A stretch of 64,000 nt of DNA, from NCBI GenBank assembly GCA_035627515.1, contig DASPLQ010000012.1, positions 778,331 to 842,330 on the forward strand, read 5' to 3'. Under the pieces are notes generated by a model, which saw only the letters and a program-made list of their open reading frames with translations, had not been told where the DNA came from and ran no database searches. Each line of letters begins with the position of its first letter. Positions within the stretch are counted from its first letter, which is position 1. The DNA comes from Vitreimonas sp. (GTDB taxonomy: Bacteria > Patescibacteriota > Microgenomatia > UBA1400 > PJMF01). Shown piece after piece: positions 19,209-27,803 of the stretch. The translations under genes were made by a program, and so were the position numbers.

Positions 19209-20084
19209 ATGGCTAGAACTCGATCATCAGCAAAAGCTGAGCCCAAATATACCCCTACCGCAGCCCCCGAGATGGGTTACGCTGCTAATGGAGGTTATGC
19301 CTATAGTAATAACAATCCTTACTCACTCCAAAGTGTGATGACAGCGATCAGCAATAACTTTGCGATTCTGTTATTAGCAGGCTTGTGTTTCTTGGGTGGT
19401 TTTTTCTTGGGTTCTGTCTGGACTGAAAACCAAATTTTACGATCAGGTAAATATGCCGGAGCTGCTCCTACTGCTGGTGTGCCTACTAACGGTGCCCCTC
19501 CAGCTGGCGCTCCGAGTGGTCCTACCGAAGATCAACTCAAAAACGCACCTGAAGTTAGCAACGATGATCATATTCGCGGCAATCGTAATGCCAAAGTAGT
19601 CTTAGTTGAGTACTCGGACTTCGAGTGTCCATTCTGTGCTCGGTTCCATCCGACTATGACACAAGTGATGGAAGAGTACGGCGACCAAGTGGCTTGGGTA
19701 TATCGTCACTATCCATTAAGTTTCCATCCTAATGCTCAAAAAGCTGCTGAAGCCTCCGAGTGTGTCGCTAAGCAACAAGGTGACGAAGGCTTCTGGAAGT
19801 TTGTTGATAGCATTTTTGAAGAAAATAACAAAGCCGGTGGTCAAATTTCCCCAGCTGTTATTGAATCAGTTGCTCAAAGCACTGGTGTCAACATGACGAG
19901 CTTCAAATCATGTTTAGACAGTGGTGAAATGGCTCAAAAAGTCAGTGATCACATGACAGGCGGGAGTGGAGCAGGCATTTCTGGTACGCCAGGTACTATC
20001 ATCTTTGCTGATGGCAAAGCTGAGTTAATCCCCGGTGCTTTACCTTTCGAACAAGTCAAACCGATGATCGATCGCTATCTGTAA
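19209..20084 (+). CDS. Membrane-anchored DsbA-family thioredoxin-fold oxidoreductase
   Basis: 'EYSDFECPFC', 'YRHYPL', 'GTPG'; SD GGAG before ATG 19209. Confidence 0.9.
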   Translation: MARTRSSAKAEPKYTPTAAPEMGYAANGGYAYSNNNPYSLQSVMTAISNNFAILLLAGLCFLGGFFLGSVWTENQILRSGKYAGAAPTAGVPTNGAPPAGAPSGPTEDQLKNAPEVSNDDHIRGNRNAKVVLVEYSDFECPFCARFHPTMTQVMEEYGDQVAWVYRHYPLSFHPNAQKAAEASECVAKQQGDEGFWKFVDSIFEENNKAGGQISPAVIESVAQSTGVNMTSFKSCLDSGEMAQKVSDHMTGGSGAGISGTPGTIIFADGKAELIPGALPFEQVKPMIDRYL

Positions 20085-20105
20085 GTTTAATTTAGTTTGA
20101 TTATT

Positions 20106-20134
20106 AAACCCCCGCGCTCAGCGCGGGGGTTTTT
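20106..20134 (+). terminator. Intrinsic terminator
   Basis: AAACCCCCGCGC-TCA-GCGCGGGGGTTTTT. Confidence 0.85.
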
Positions 20135-20243
20135 GTTTTCCATACGATTTATCTTGATTAATTAAGCCTATTTATATTAATTATAAGTTGACTTATGTGT
20201 ATCAAAGAAGTATATTATGGCTCCTTAAAAGTATTAGTTGGTT

Positions 20244-21887
20244 ATGACTAATTCCGCTCCCCAAGAAAAAAGAATTTTAGATCTGGATACTCTTGAAGAG
20301 ATTCTGAGAGGTAATTGGGCAACCAAACAACTGTCTAAAAATTGGATAGATTACTTAGCTTCTACTGCCTTCGGAAAAGCAATAGCGTTATCGATTGTTA
20401 ATACCCAATACCAGAGACAATCCCAAGAATACCAGCAGCAACAGCAAGTATTGCGAGCTGAACAGGAAGCTGCCGTCGCGCGTGCCCAGGATACCCGAAT
20501 GCCAATTGAGATTGGTGAAAGAGTAGTTGAGCATGAGTTAATCGCCACAGCAGAACAAGTCAAAGGAATTAATGCTACTTTAACAGCTGGTATTGCTTAT
20601 CTTGAGCGTCAATTAGCCTCGATTATTAATGCTGAAGGGGTACCTAACACCAGTCGTTGGGAAGAAGCTATTTCTCCCATTGAAGTAGTGAAATTATTTG
20701 CTAAGTCGAGAGCAGATGCTAACTTGCATACTCAAATGCTTGAGCAGGCAATGGGATATTTATGGAATCCTCATATAAATCAGATTGATAAAAGTGCAGC
20801 CAAACCTAAAAGCGGTGAAATTCAAAAGATTATGTGGGAATTTATGCAGGCTGCTAAGGGACCTGATGTTCATTTGGCTGAAGCTCAAATAGTTGTCACA
20901 CACACAGTAGATAAAGATGACACAGGTGAAGTTTTTAATCGTGAGGCGATGATAAATATCATTAATACAGTCATGGTGGCAAAAGCCGATAAGCAACGTT
21001 TAGTGAAGACTGCTGAAAACGATAATTATGCTACTTTAGAACTGGAAGCAATGTTGGAATTTTGTCGTCGCAAGGGATTGAGTGATACTTTAGTGAAAGC
21101 TGAGTTAGAAAAAATGCCTTCTCGAGAACTTCGGTTGAAATATCTCGCCTCATTGATGAAGTTGGTTTGGGAAACTAACTTGTGGTCTGGAAGAGATTAT
21201 AGTGGGGTAGCCCATAACATCCGTTTGCTTTATGAGCCTAGTCTCAAGGGCCATGAAACCGTTGTTCCGCTGCGACGCTTTAATAACAATATTTTTTGGA
21301 AAAGTATGGCTGGGGCATTGCGAGCTGACTTTTTTGATGCTGGTCAAAACAAAGCACTTTACTCAGAAACACATCTATTAATTGGAAAATTGGTTCGTTG
21401 TTTAGCGATTGTGGCCTTCTTCCGGGCCGTCATACTTCAAAATAGAAATGGATCTTTCTCTCAAGAGTGTAAAGAATCGTTCCGAATTTTTATTGAGCAA
21501 CAATATCCAGAGGAAGGTAGTAAAGCCGCCAAAGTATTTATGATGCCCAAAGAGACTAGCAAAACAAATATAGTCGCCATGGCCAATAAACTCATCAGAG
21601 GTCTGCAAGCCATAGAAGGTTTTACGATTGATGACATGCTCGAAATGTTTATTGATTCGAAAATTCCCAATATTCACAAACAATTACAAGCGTGGATAGA
21701 ACAACTTACCGCCCTCTTATTAAGTAATAGTCCAGTTTTCAAGTTCGATTTTGCTCTGTTAGAAATGCCTGAGCATGATACGCAAGAGGTGACGGCTCAA
21801 GCAATAGAAGCTGTTTTTCCTGAAGATGCAACTCAAACTGAAGACCACCCAACTCCGCCTTCTGCTGCTGCTTCAGCCACAGTCTAA
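20244..21887 (+). CDS. Large orphan, predicted mostly helical protein (~547 aa)
   Basis: Long ORF with TTGACT-17-TATATT promoter upstream; no recognised motif. Confidence 0.75.
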   Translation: MTNSAPQEKRILDLDTLEEILRGNWATKQLSKNWIDYLASTAFGKAIALSIVNTQYQRQSQEYQQQQQVLRAEQEAAVARAQDTRMPIEIGERVVEHELIATAEQVKGINATLTAGIAYLERQLASIINAEGVPNTSRWEEAISPIEVVKLFAKSRADANLHTQMLEQAMGYLWNPHINQIDKSAAKPKSGEIQKIMWEFMQAAKGPDVHLAEAQIVVTHTVDKDDTGEVFNREAMINIINTVMVAKADKQRLVKTAENDNYATLELEAMLEFCRRKGLSDTLVKAELEKMPSRELRLKYLASLMKLVWETNLWSGRDYSGVAHNIRLLYEPSLKGHETVVPLRRFNNNIFWKSMAGALRADFFDAGQNKALYSETHLLIGKLVRCLAIVAFFRAVILQNRNGSFSQECKESFRIFIEQQYPEEGSKAAKVFMMPKETSKTNIVAMANKLIRGLQAIEGFTIDDMLEMFIDSKIPNIHKQLQAWIEQLTALLLSNSPVFKFDFALLEMPEHDTQEVTAQAIEAVFPEDATQTEDHPTPPSAAASATV

Positions 21888-21963
21888 ATTTTCTGACGTA
21901 ATTTTACTTCTCCAGATGTGCTAAAATGTTTATGCCGTAAAGTAACGTGCATAAAGGATAATT

Positions 21964-22395
21964 ATGTCTCTCAAAACCCAACTTACCGATGATATGAAGC
22001 AAGCCATGCGCGATCGCAATTCAGTGAAATTGAACACGATTCGCTTCATGTTATCTGAACTCAAAAACTACGAAATCGATAATGGCGAGCAAGATGATGC
22101 TGGTGTCCAAAAATTAATTGCCAAACAAGTCAAGCAAATGAAAGACGCTATGGCTGAGTTTCAGCAAGGTGGCCGTGAAGATTTGGTTGCCGAAGAGCAA
22201 GCCAAAGTGGTATTTTTGGAAGCTTATTTACCTGCTCAAATGTCTGATGCTGATCTGGAAGCAATCGTCAAACGCGTCATTGAAGGTGCCAGTGATAAAT
22301 CAATGGGTGCCATCATGAACCAGGTCCGCGCCGAAGTGGGTGGGGCTGCTGACGGTGGAAAGATTGCCCAAATAGTCAAAGCTCACTTACAATAA
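21964..22395 (+). CDS. GatB/YqeY domain protein
   Basis: 'L..DMKQAM', 'KQ.KD....F..GGR.DL...E..E', 'YLP.QMS', 'MG.IM', 'ADG'. Confidence 0.92.
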   Translation: MSLKTQLTDDMKQAMRDRNSVKLNTIRFMLSELKNYEIDNGEQDDAGVQKLIAKQVKQMKDAMAEFQQGGREDLVAEEQAKVVFLEAYLPAQMSDADLEAIVKRVIEGASDKSMGAIMNQVRAEVGGAADGGKIAQIVKAHLQ

Positions 22396-22399
22396 GAGC

Positions 22400-23044
22400 A
22401 TGAAGACCAAATCCATTGGTGAAATTCTTGGTGAGGAACGTGAGTTCCATCGATTAAGTTTAGCTGACCTTGCTAAGCGGACGCGCATTCGTTTGGAGTA
22501 CTTGCAGGCTTTGGAAAATAACGAGTTCGATAAGTTACCTTCCTCCACTTTTGTCAAAGGTTATATTCGCACCTACGGCCAGATTTTTGGGTTTGATTAT
22601 TTACCGCTGCTAGCTTTGCTACGGCGTGATTTTAAAGAAAGTGCTAAAGGCAAGCTAGTGCCACGGGAGTTTATCAAACCGGTCCTCAAAAAACGTCCTT
22701 TTTGGACCCCTATCACTGCCGCTATGGTCGTGCTTGGAACCTTGTTTTTGACCCTTATCACATATGTTCTAGTCCAGTGGTATCACTTCACTAAGCCCCC
22801 GCTGCTGGAAGTTTTCTCACCTGAAGCAGACGCTTTTGTCTCTGCCCAAGTGATGGTGGAAGGGAGAACAAATCCTGAAGCGGTAGTAGCGGTGAATGCT
22901 CAGCCAGTCTCATTACAACCAGATGGGAGTTTCCGGTATGAGCTGTACTTGCCGCGTGAAGGTATCACTACCATCACTGTGGAAGCCACTGATCGGCGTG
23001 GTAAAACTAATCTTCTCCAGCGGACGGTTTACGTAAAGTTCTAA
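22400..23044 (+). CDS. RodZ-like HTH membrane protein with C-terminal Ig-like domain
   Basis: 'IGE.L...RE', 'TRIR..YL.ALE...F..LP...FVKGYIR.Y', TM, then beta domain. Confidence 0.85.
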   Translation: MKTKSIGEILGEEREFHRLSLADLAKRTRIRLEYLQALENNEFDKLPSSTFVKGYIRTYGQIFGFDYLPLLALLRRDFKESAKGKLVPREFIKPVLKKRPFWTPITAAMVVLGTLFLTLITYVLVQWYHFTKPPLLEVFSPEADAFVSAQVMVEGRTNPEAVVAVNAQPVSLQPDGSFRYELYLPREGITTITVEATDRRGKTNLLQRTVYVKF

Positions 23045-23065
23045 ACGCGGTAAGATAGGGGTCAT

Positions 23066-23341
23066 ATGCCACCATATTTACCAGTCATTTTTGCTATCGT
23101 CTTAATTGTTCTCACTAGTGTTTTAACGGTGGTGGGTGTTCAAATCATTTTAGTTCTGGCTGAAATGAAGAAAACTCTCGAGAAAGTCAACACGACCCTC
23201 GACACCGCTGAAGCCAAACTTCACGCTGTCACCCAACCGTTGCAAAGTTTAGGTGGGATGGCTTCAGGGTTATCGACTGGCTTTAAAGTTTTTGAGGCCT
23301 TCACAGGTTGGTTGCATCGTTCTAAAGAGCGGGATGAGTAA
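23066..23341 (+). CDS. Small membrane protein with coiled coil (DUF948-like)
   Basis: N-terminal TM followed by heptad repeats. Confidence 0.65.
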   Translation: MPPYLPVIFAIVLIVLTSVLTVVGVQIILVLAEMKKTLEKVNTTLDTAEAKLHAVTQPLQSLGGMASGLSTGFKVFEAFTGWLHRSKERDE

Positions 23342-23690
23342 CATGTCACAGTCTTCACATGATTCAGGCTCATTTATTACCGGCTTTACGCTGGGGATGT
23401 TTGCTGGAGCAGCTGGATATTTCTTATTTGGCACCAAGCGCGGGGAAAAACTCAAAAAAGAGCTGAGCAAAGAGTGGCAAAAAGCCAGTGAGAATTGGCA
23501 AGAGTCTGGGGCAGCCCAAACAGGTACCGCGACCATCCGTGAAATGGCTCGCCAAGTTTTCGAGTGGCTGACCACTGAAGGTCAAAAAATGAGTGAAGAA
23601 ATGGATAAAGCTCAGCAAAAATCCAAAACTACGACCAAAACTAAAAAGAACTCCACCCCATCTAAAGAGAAAAAATTTAAAGGCCTCTAA
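23334..23690 (+). CDS. YtxH-like protein
   Basis: 'FITGF.LG..AGAAG..LF.TK.GE.L.K.L'; ATG at 23334 or 23343. Confidence 0.75.
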   Translation: MSNMSQSSHDSGSFITGFTLGMFAGAAGYFLFGTKRGEKLKKELSKEWQKASENWQESGAAQTGTATIREMARQVFEWLTTEGQKMSEEMDKAQQKSKTTTKTKKNSTPSKEKKFKGL

Positions 23691-23698
23691 ACTTTTAC

Positions 23699-23734
23699 TT
23701 GCTTTATAAAGGTTTTTTCTGAGATACTGATGGG
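23699..23734 (+). promoter_or_regulatory. Sigma70-type promoter, probably leaderless; duplicated at 25642-25677
   Basis: TTGCTT-18-GATACT with TG extension, 6 nt before ATG; shares AAAGG(T/G)TTTTTCTGAGATACTG with the 25642 copy. Confidence 0.6.
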
Positions 23735-25627
23735 ATGTTTGTTGTTGAAGATGATTTAGCACATTTAGCCGAGACTCAGCCTGCTACTCCAAAAGTTGTC
23801 GACCCTACTCCGGTTCACAACGATACCGCTCCCACGGAGCCAGTTCTAAAAAAATCCCACATCCACAGTGACAAGGAACTTCGAGATGGAATTCAAGACG
23901 AACTTGATGCCTTACACCAAGATCCAGAGGAGTTATTAGCAGAGTTATTGCCTAGCGCTAGGCCGAGGGTGGAGAAATTAGCAGCTTTTTTAGCAGATAA
24001 ATTATTCAACAACTTTGCTGTCGGCGATAACGATTTAATAGGTTTGCTAGCTCAAGAGCCAGAGAGAATAATGAACTTCTATGGAAAGAAAGATGATGAA
24101 GTTGACGCGGAGGATTTACGACTCAAATTAACAACAGATTACCCCACTTTAGCTTTTGATTACGAACTAAATAGTGTGGGGATTGAGAGTGTTTTAACTA
24201 AACTTGTCGGGGTTATGAAGTCGCATCCTGAAGCTTTTGGGTATACCTTTCACGAATTAGAGTGGGCGACAACGTTACTCTATAAAAAGTTAGAAGAAAG
24301 ATATGCTGCCGGCCAGATGACAATTGCACAAAAGAAAGTAGGTGAAGTAGTGTTACTTTACCTTTTCACTGATAGCATTTGGTTTAAAGATGAGGTTTTT
24401 CTGAGTGATTGGCGAAATACGATCCCAGTAGGTCTTGACCACCCTGTTAGATACAATGCCGTACGTCACTCATTGGCAGTTTCTATCGCCGATTTTTGTA
24501 GGCAACATTTAGACATGGCACAAAACAAAATCCTTAGCGAGGAGGAGGAAGATAAATTATTTAAGGAGTTTAAAGAGCGTTTTCAAGGTCATAACTACGC
24601 TCAAGTATTCGGGGCGATCCAAAAAGTTTGGTATTATTTTGAGGCTACCACTAATGATAGACGGGCAGCGACCATTTTACATTCTTTAGCTTCCGAGCTA
24701 GCTTGGTATGCTAAGCCCAATAAAGGGGAAGTGTGGGATAAACTAAAAAAGACCAAGATCAAGTTAACTCCTGAACAGAAGCGGTATTATGCTGAGTTAT
24801 CTAAGGCATTCTTTGATTCAGACGATTGGCACCATCTTCGCCCAGAACAGCCTCCACCCCAGTGGTTATTCAAAATAGTCAAAGGATTATTTATTGGTTT
24901 ATCGATTGGCTCTGTTCTCACCATCGGTGCTAAAGAAAATCCACAAAAAACCAACGAGATAGTTAACACTGCTGAAAATTATTATCAGCTCAGCGCTGAA
25001 GCCCTAGCTGAGTTTTTGCCGGATAGGTTTGGTGGGCACGATGTAGATCGATCAAGTGCTGAAGCCACCGCTGTGAGTTCCAACGAACAAAATAAGCCTG
25101 GTGCTACTAACTTTACAGAGCAAGTTAACACGCAACCGGAGACTAGGCCTACACAAAGTGTCCCCACCCAACCTGCTCAGCCTCCACCCGAGAGCCCACC
25201 AGTAGTGTCGGCGACCCCAGAAGTAGTTTTGCCCACTACTGGTTGGCATACTTTCGTTGGCATTGATTTACAAGGTTGGCAAACAGTCAAAGAGTGGGAA
25301 AACGGTGGTTTTGGTTGGCGCGCGCCGGTGATCGAGCTAACAGAGTTTTTCTTGCGTGAAGCTCACACTAACCCCCAGGGAGCTGAGTATTCATATGGTT
25401 TTAATCCTCATGCCAGTGATGCCGAAACTATTGAGTGGGCAGTTCGCGCTGCTCAGGCAGTGCAGAATCAACATCCTGAACTTGCAGGTACAGTTACACC
25501 GGGTAACCTTGATGAAACAATCACTCCCATCATAGCTGGCATCGAGGGTAGCGCCACGGCTATTACACCGGTGCCAGTGACCAATTACACCGGCCTTGTG
25601 GATCGCTTAACCCAACGCTTGCCATAA
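23735..25627 (+). CDS. Large orphan single-pass membrane protein (630 aa)
   Basis: Long ORF; TM 'IVKGLFIGLSIGSVLTIGA' near aa 380-400; Pro/Thr linker. Confidence 0.75.
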   Translation: MFVVEDDLAHLAETQPATPKVVDPTPVHNDTAPTEPVLKKSHIHSDKELRDGIQDELDALHQDPEELLAELLPSARPRVEKLAAFLADKLFNNFAVGDNDLIGLLAQEPERIMNFYGKKDDEVDAEDLRLKLTTDYPTLAFDYELNSVGIESVLTKLVGVMKSHPEAFGYTFHELEWATTLLYKKLEERYAAGQMTIAQKKVGEVVLLYLFTDSIWFKDEVFLSDWRNTIPVGLDHPVRYNAVRHSLAVSIADFCRQHLDMAQNKILSEEEEDKLFKEFKERFQGHNYAQVFGAIQKVWYYFEATTNDRRAATILHSLASELAWYAKPNKGEVWDKLKKTKIKLTPEQKRYYAELSKAFFDSDDWHHLRPEQPPPQWLFKIVKGLFIGLSIGSVLTIGAKENPQKTNEIVNTAENYYQLSAEALAEFLPDRFGGHDVDRSSAEATAVSSNEQNKPGATNFTEQVNTQPETRPTQSVPTQPAQPPPESPPVVSATPEVVLPTTGWHTFVGIDLQGWQTVKEWENGGFGWRAPVIELTEFFLREAHTNPQGAEYSYGFNPHASDAETIEWAVRAAQAVQNQHPELAGTVTPGNLDETITPIIAGIEGSATAITPVPVTNYTGLVDRLTQRLP

Positions 25628-25641
25628 ATTCTGATTGTTGC

Positions 25642-25677
25642 TTGCGTGTCAAAGGGTTTTTCTGAGATACTGGTGAA
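25642..25677 (+). promoter_or_regulatory. Sigma70-type promoter, probably leaderless; duplicate of 23699-23734
   Basis: TTGCGT-18-GATACT, 6 nt before ATG 25678. Confidence 0.6.
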
Positions 25678-27504
25678 ATGCATGAAGCTCCGATAACTGC
25701 TGTTAACTTGCCACTTTCTACGGCCATTAGAACAGATGGTGTTCTGAGTCCTCAACAAGAGGATACTTTGAAGTATCGAAATAGAGCCGAACAAAAAGCA
25801 GAAGATTTGCTAAATAACATTATCGGGGGAAGAGACTTAACAGTAGTAATGGGGTATGTTACTACTGAACCTAAGGCTGTTAATGAAGTTGTTCCTGATT
25901 TTTCAATTCTATTTAATACTGAAGCCACAGGAACTTTAACATCTGCGGTGCCTGCAGTTTTATCTCATGACACGATTGTAACTGAAGGCGAAACCCGCCT
26001 GCACAACGGTTTGTATCATCAACTTTCTACTGAGAATCATAGTTTTCAAGGTTTAAAAATTAATCAAATAGGTGATGAATATGTCACTAAACTTAGTTCA
26101 CTTTTAATTGATAAATATGGGGTGAACTATACAGCGGAAGATGTAATTAGAGCACTTGATAAGCTCTTCACTAAAGTTTCTGGCGATTCAGATTTGGCTG
26201 AGAAGGCTCGAACTCAACTTAAAGCAGTCTTAGAAGCAACTAAAGCTAAACTCAAACATCGATTCGCCACTGTTTCAATTGAGAATAAAACAGCTCCAGT
26301 GGAGAGACTCGAGTTGCTTAAGCCTGGAAATAGGGCTGTCAGAATTGAACTCACGCACTTTTGTTTAACTGAAGGATTTCAAGTTGATAACTCGGAAGCT
26401 CAGCGATCAAAGTTTGTGGCCAAATTTTTAGCTGAATTTGATGGTTACCAACCTGGAGTTTTGCGACACTACTTAGCTATTCTTTACAAAGAGTTATCTG
26501 TTTTGCCCAGTGATATGGGAGTGGTAAAACAAAGTATTGATCTTCTTAACACAGCAATTCTGCGCCAACAGGTCGATAATAAGAACTGGAAGCATCAATC
26601 AGATTCTTCCAAGTTAGGTGTTGTTTTTAGTAAGTATCGATTTTATCGCGATTTCCAGCGTGAGGTAGCTGAGGCCTTAAAAAACAAGCAAAAAGCCACC
26701 GAGGTTGAAAAGCAGAAGGCGCTGCTTGAAAAAACAGCTGTAAGTGCTGAAATAAGAAAACCTGTTCTTTCACGAAAAATGCTTTGGGGTGGGGTCGTTT
26801 TCTTATTGGTTGGGGCCTGTGGTTTAGTTGAGGCATTTAACCCTGGTGCATTGACTCAAGCGCGAGCTAACTTTAATGATAATAATGAAAACTCATCTTC
26901 AACTTCGATGGTCAGTGAGTTGTTTGCAGATTTGTTAGCAGCAGAAAAACATATCGAGCATATTTTGAGTGATGAATATGTTCCAGCCTTAGTGAATGAT
27001 CCATATAAAGAAATGCGTGCCGCTGCGGCTTCGCCGATAGTACCTGAAGCGTCAGTAACTCGTAGTGAAGGGATGCAAGAGTTGCATCAACTGAGTCAAG
27101 ATTTAGCTCTAGCATCTTTGCGCGATCAGGTCACAGGGGGGTCGCCTGAACGCCAACGCTTAGTTGATTACGTACGTTGGACGATCAATATGTCATATAA
27201 TCGGCCTGGAGATTTTGCGCGGCTAGTGTCTATTACGGGGGTAAGTTGGAATCCAGAAAAGTTGGAAACATATTTGCGGATAGCTACTCGGATTGAGAAG
27301 TATCTGCCTGATTTACATCAACAGGTTATAACTGGTCAATCTGACATTTTAGGAGCAGTTCAGGCAAATATGGATGAGTTCCCAGAAGGTTTTGATGCTC
27401 GTGCAGTTGAGCATGACAATACCACTCCAGATGCTTCAATTTCAGGAGAAATTGATACAGAATTACTAGATAAACTGCAAACTCTGACTAAGATTGCTGG
27501 CTAA
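25678..27504 (+). CDS. Large orphan single-pass membrane protein (608 aa), probable distant paralog of 23735..25627
   Basis: TM 'MLWGGVVFLLVGACGLV' near aa 365-385; co-linear weak similarities to the neighbouring protein. Confidence 0.75.
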   Translation: MHEAPITAVNLPLSTAIRTDGVLSPQQEDTLKYRNRAEQKAEDLLNNIIGGRDLTVVMGYVTTEPKAVNEVVPDFSILFNTEATGTLTSAVPAVLSHDTIVTEGETRLHNGLYHQLSTENHSFQGLKINQIGDEYVTKLSSLLIDKYGVNYTAEDVIRALDKLFTKVSGDSDLAEKARTQLKAVLEATKAKLKHRFATVSIENKTAPVERLELLKPGNRAVRIELTHFCLTEGFQVDNSEAQRSKFVAKFLAEFDGYQPGVLRHYLAILYKELSVLPSDMGVVKQSIDLLNTAILRQQVDNKNWKHQSDSSKLGVVFSKYRFYRDFQREVAEALKNKQKATEVEKQKALLEKTAVSAEIRKPVLSRKMLWGGVVFLLVGACGLVEAFNPGALTQARANFNDNNENSSSTSMVSELFADLLAAEKHIEHILSDEYVPALVNDPYKEMRAAAASPIVPEASVTRSEGMQELHQLSQDLALASLRDQVTGGSPERQRLVDYVRWTINMSYNRPGDFARLVSITGVSWNPEKLETYLRIATRIEKYLPDLHQQVITGQSDILGAVQANMDEFPEGFDARAVEHDNTTPDASISGEIDTELLDKLQTLTKIAG

Positions 27505-27506
27505 AA

Positions 27507-27535
27507 TTGACAAACCTCCAGCCACCACTTACAAT
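27507..27535 (+). promoter_or_regulatory. Sigma70 promoter of the alaS leader
   Basis: TTGACA-17 bp-TACAAT. Confidence 0.85.
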
Positions 27536-27554
27536 TCAAGCAACAACTTAACAA

Positions 27555-27766
27555 CAGCGATGAATGGAAGAATTTTGAGTTCATTTGAATTCAGAAGGGC
27601 CGCCCAGGAGCTGCCAGCGAAGAGCTGAGCCGGAAGTTTACAAAGTTCACCGTCAACAGAACTAGAGCCCTATGCCGAAATGGTTTAGGGGAACCAAGGT
27701 GGTACCACGAGAAGCCTCGTCCTTGTCCAGAACTAGAGTAGTTCAGGATGAAGACGAGGTTTTTTT
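27555..27766 (+). promoter_or_regulatory. T-box riboswitch (Ala) with antiterminator and terminator
   Basis: T-box AACCAAGGTGGTACCACG (27692-27709) pairing with CGTCCTT; Stem III 27668-27690; CCGTCA IIA/B-like motif; terminator 27715-27759 plus T7; lies upstream of alaS. Confidence 0.88.
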
Positions 27767-27803
27767 ATTGGCATAAAGAAAATTACTTAACCCGAAAGGT
27801 CAT

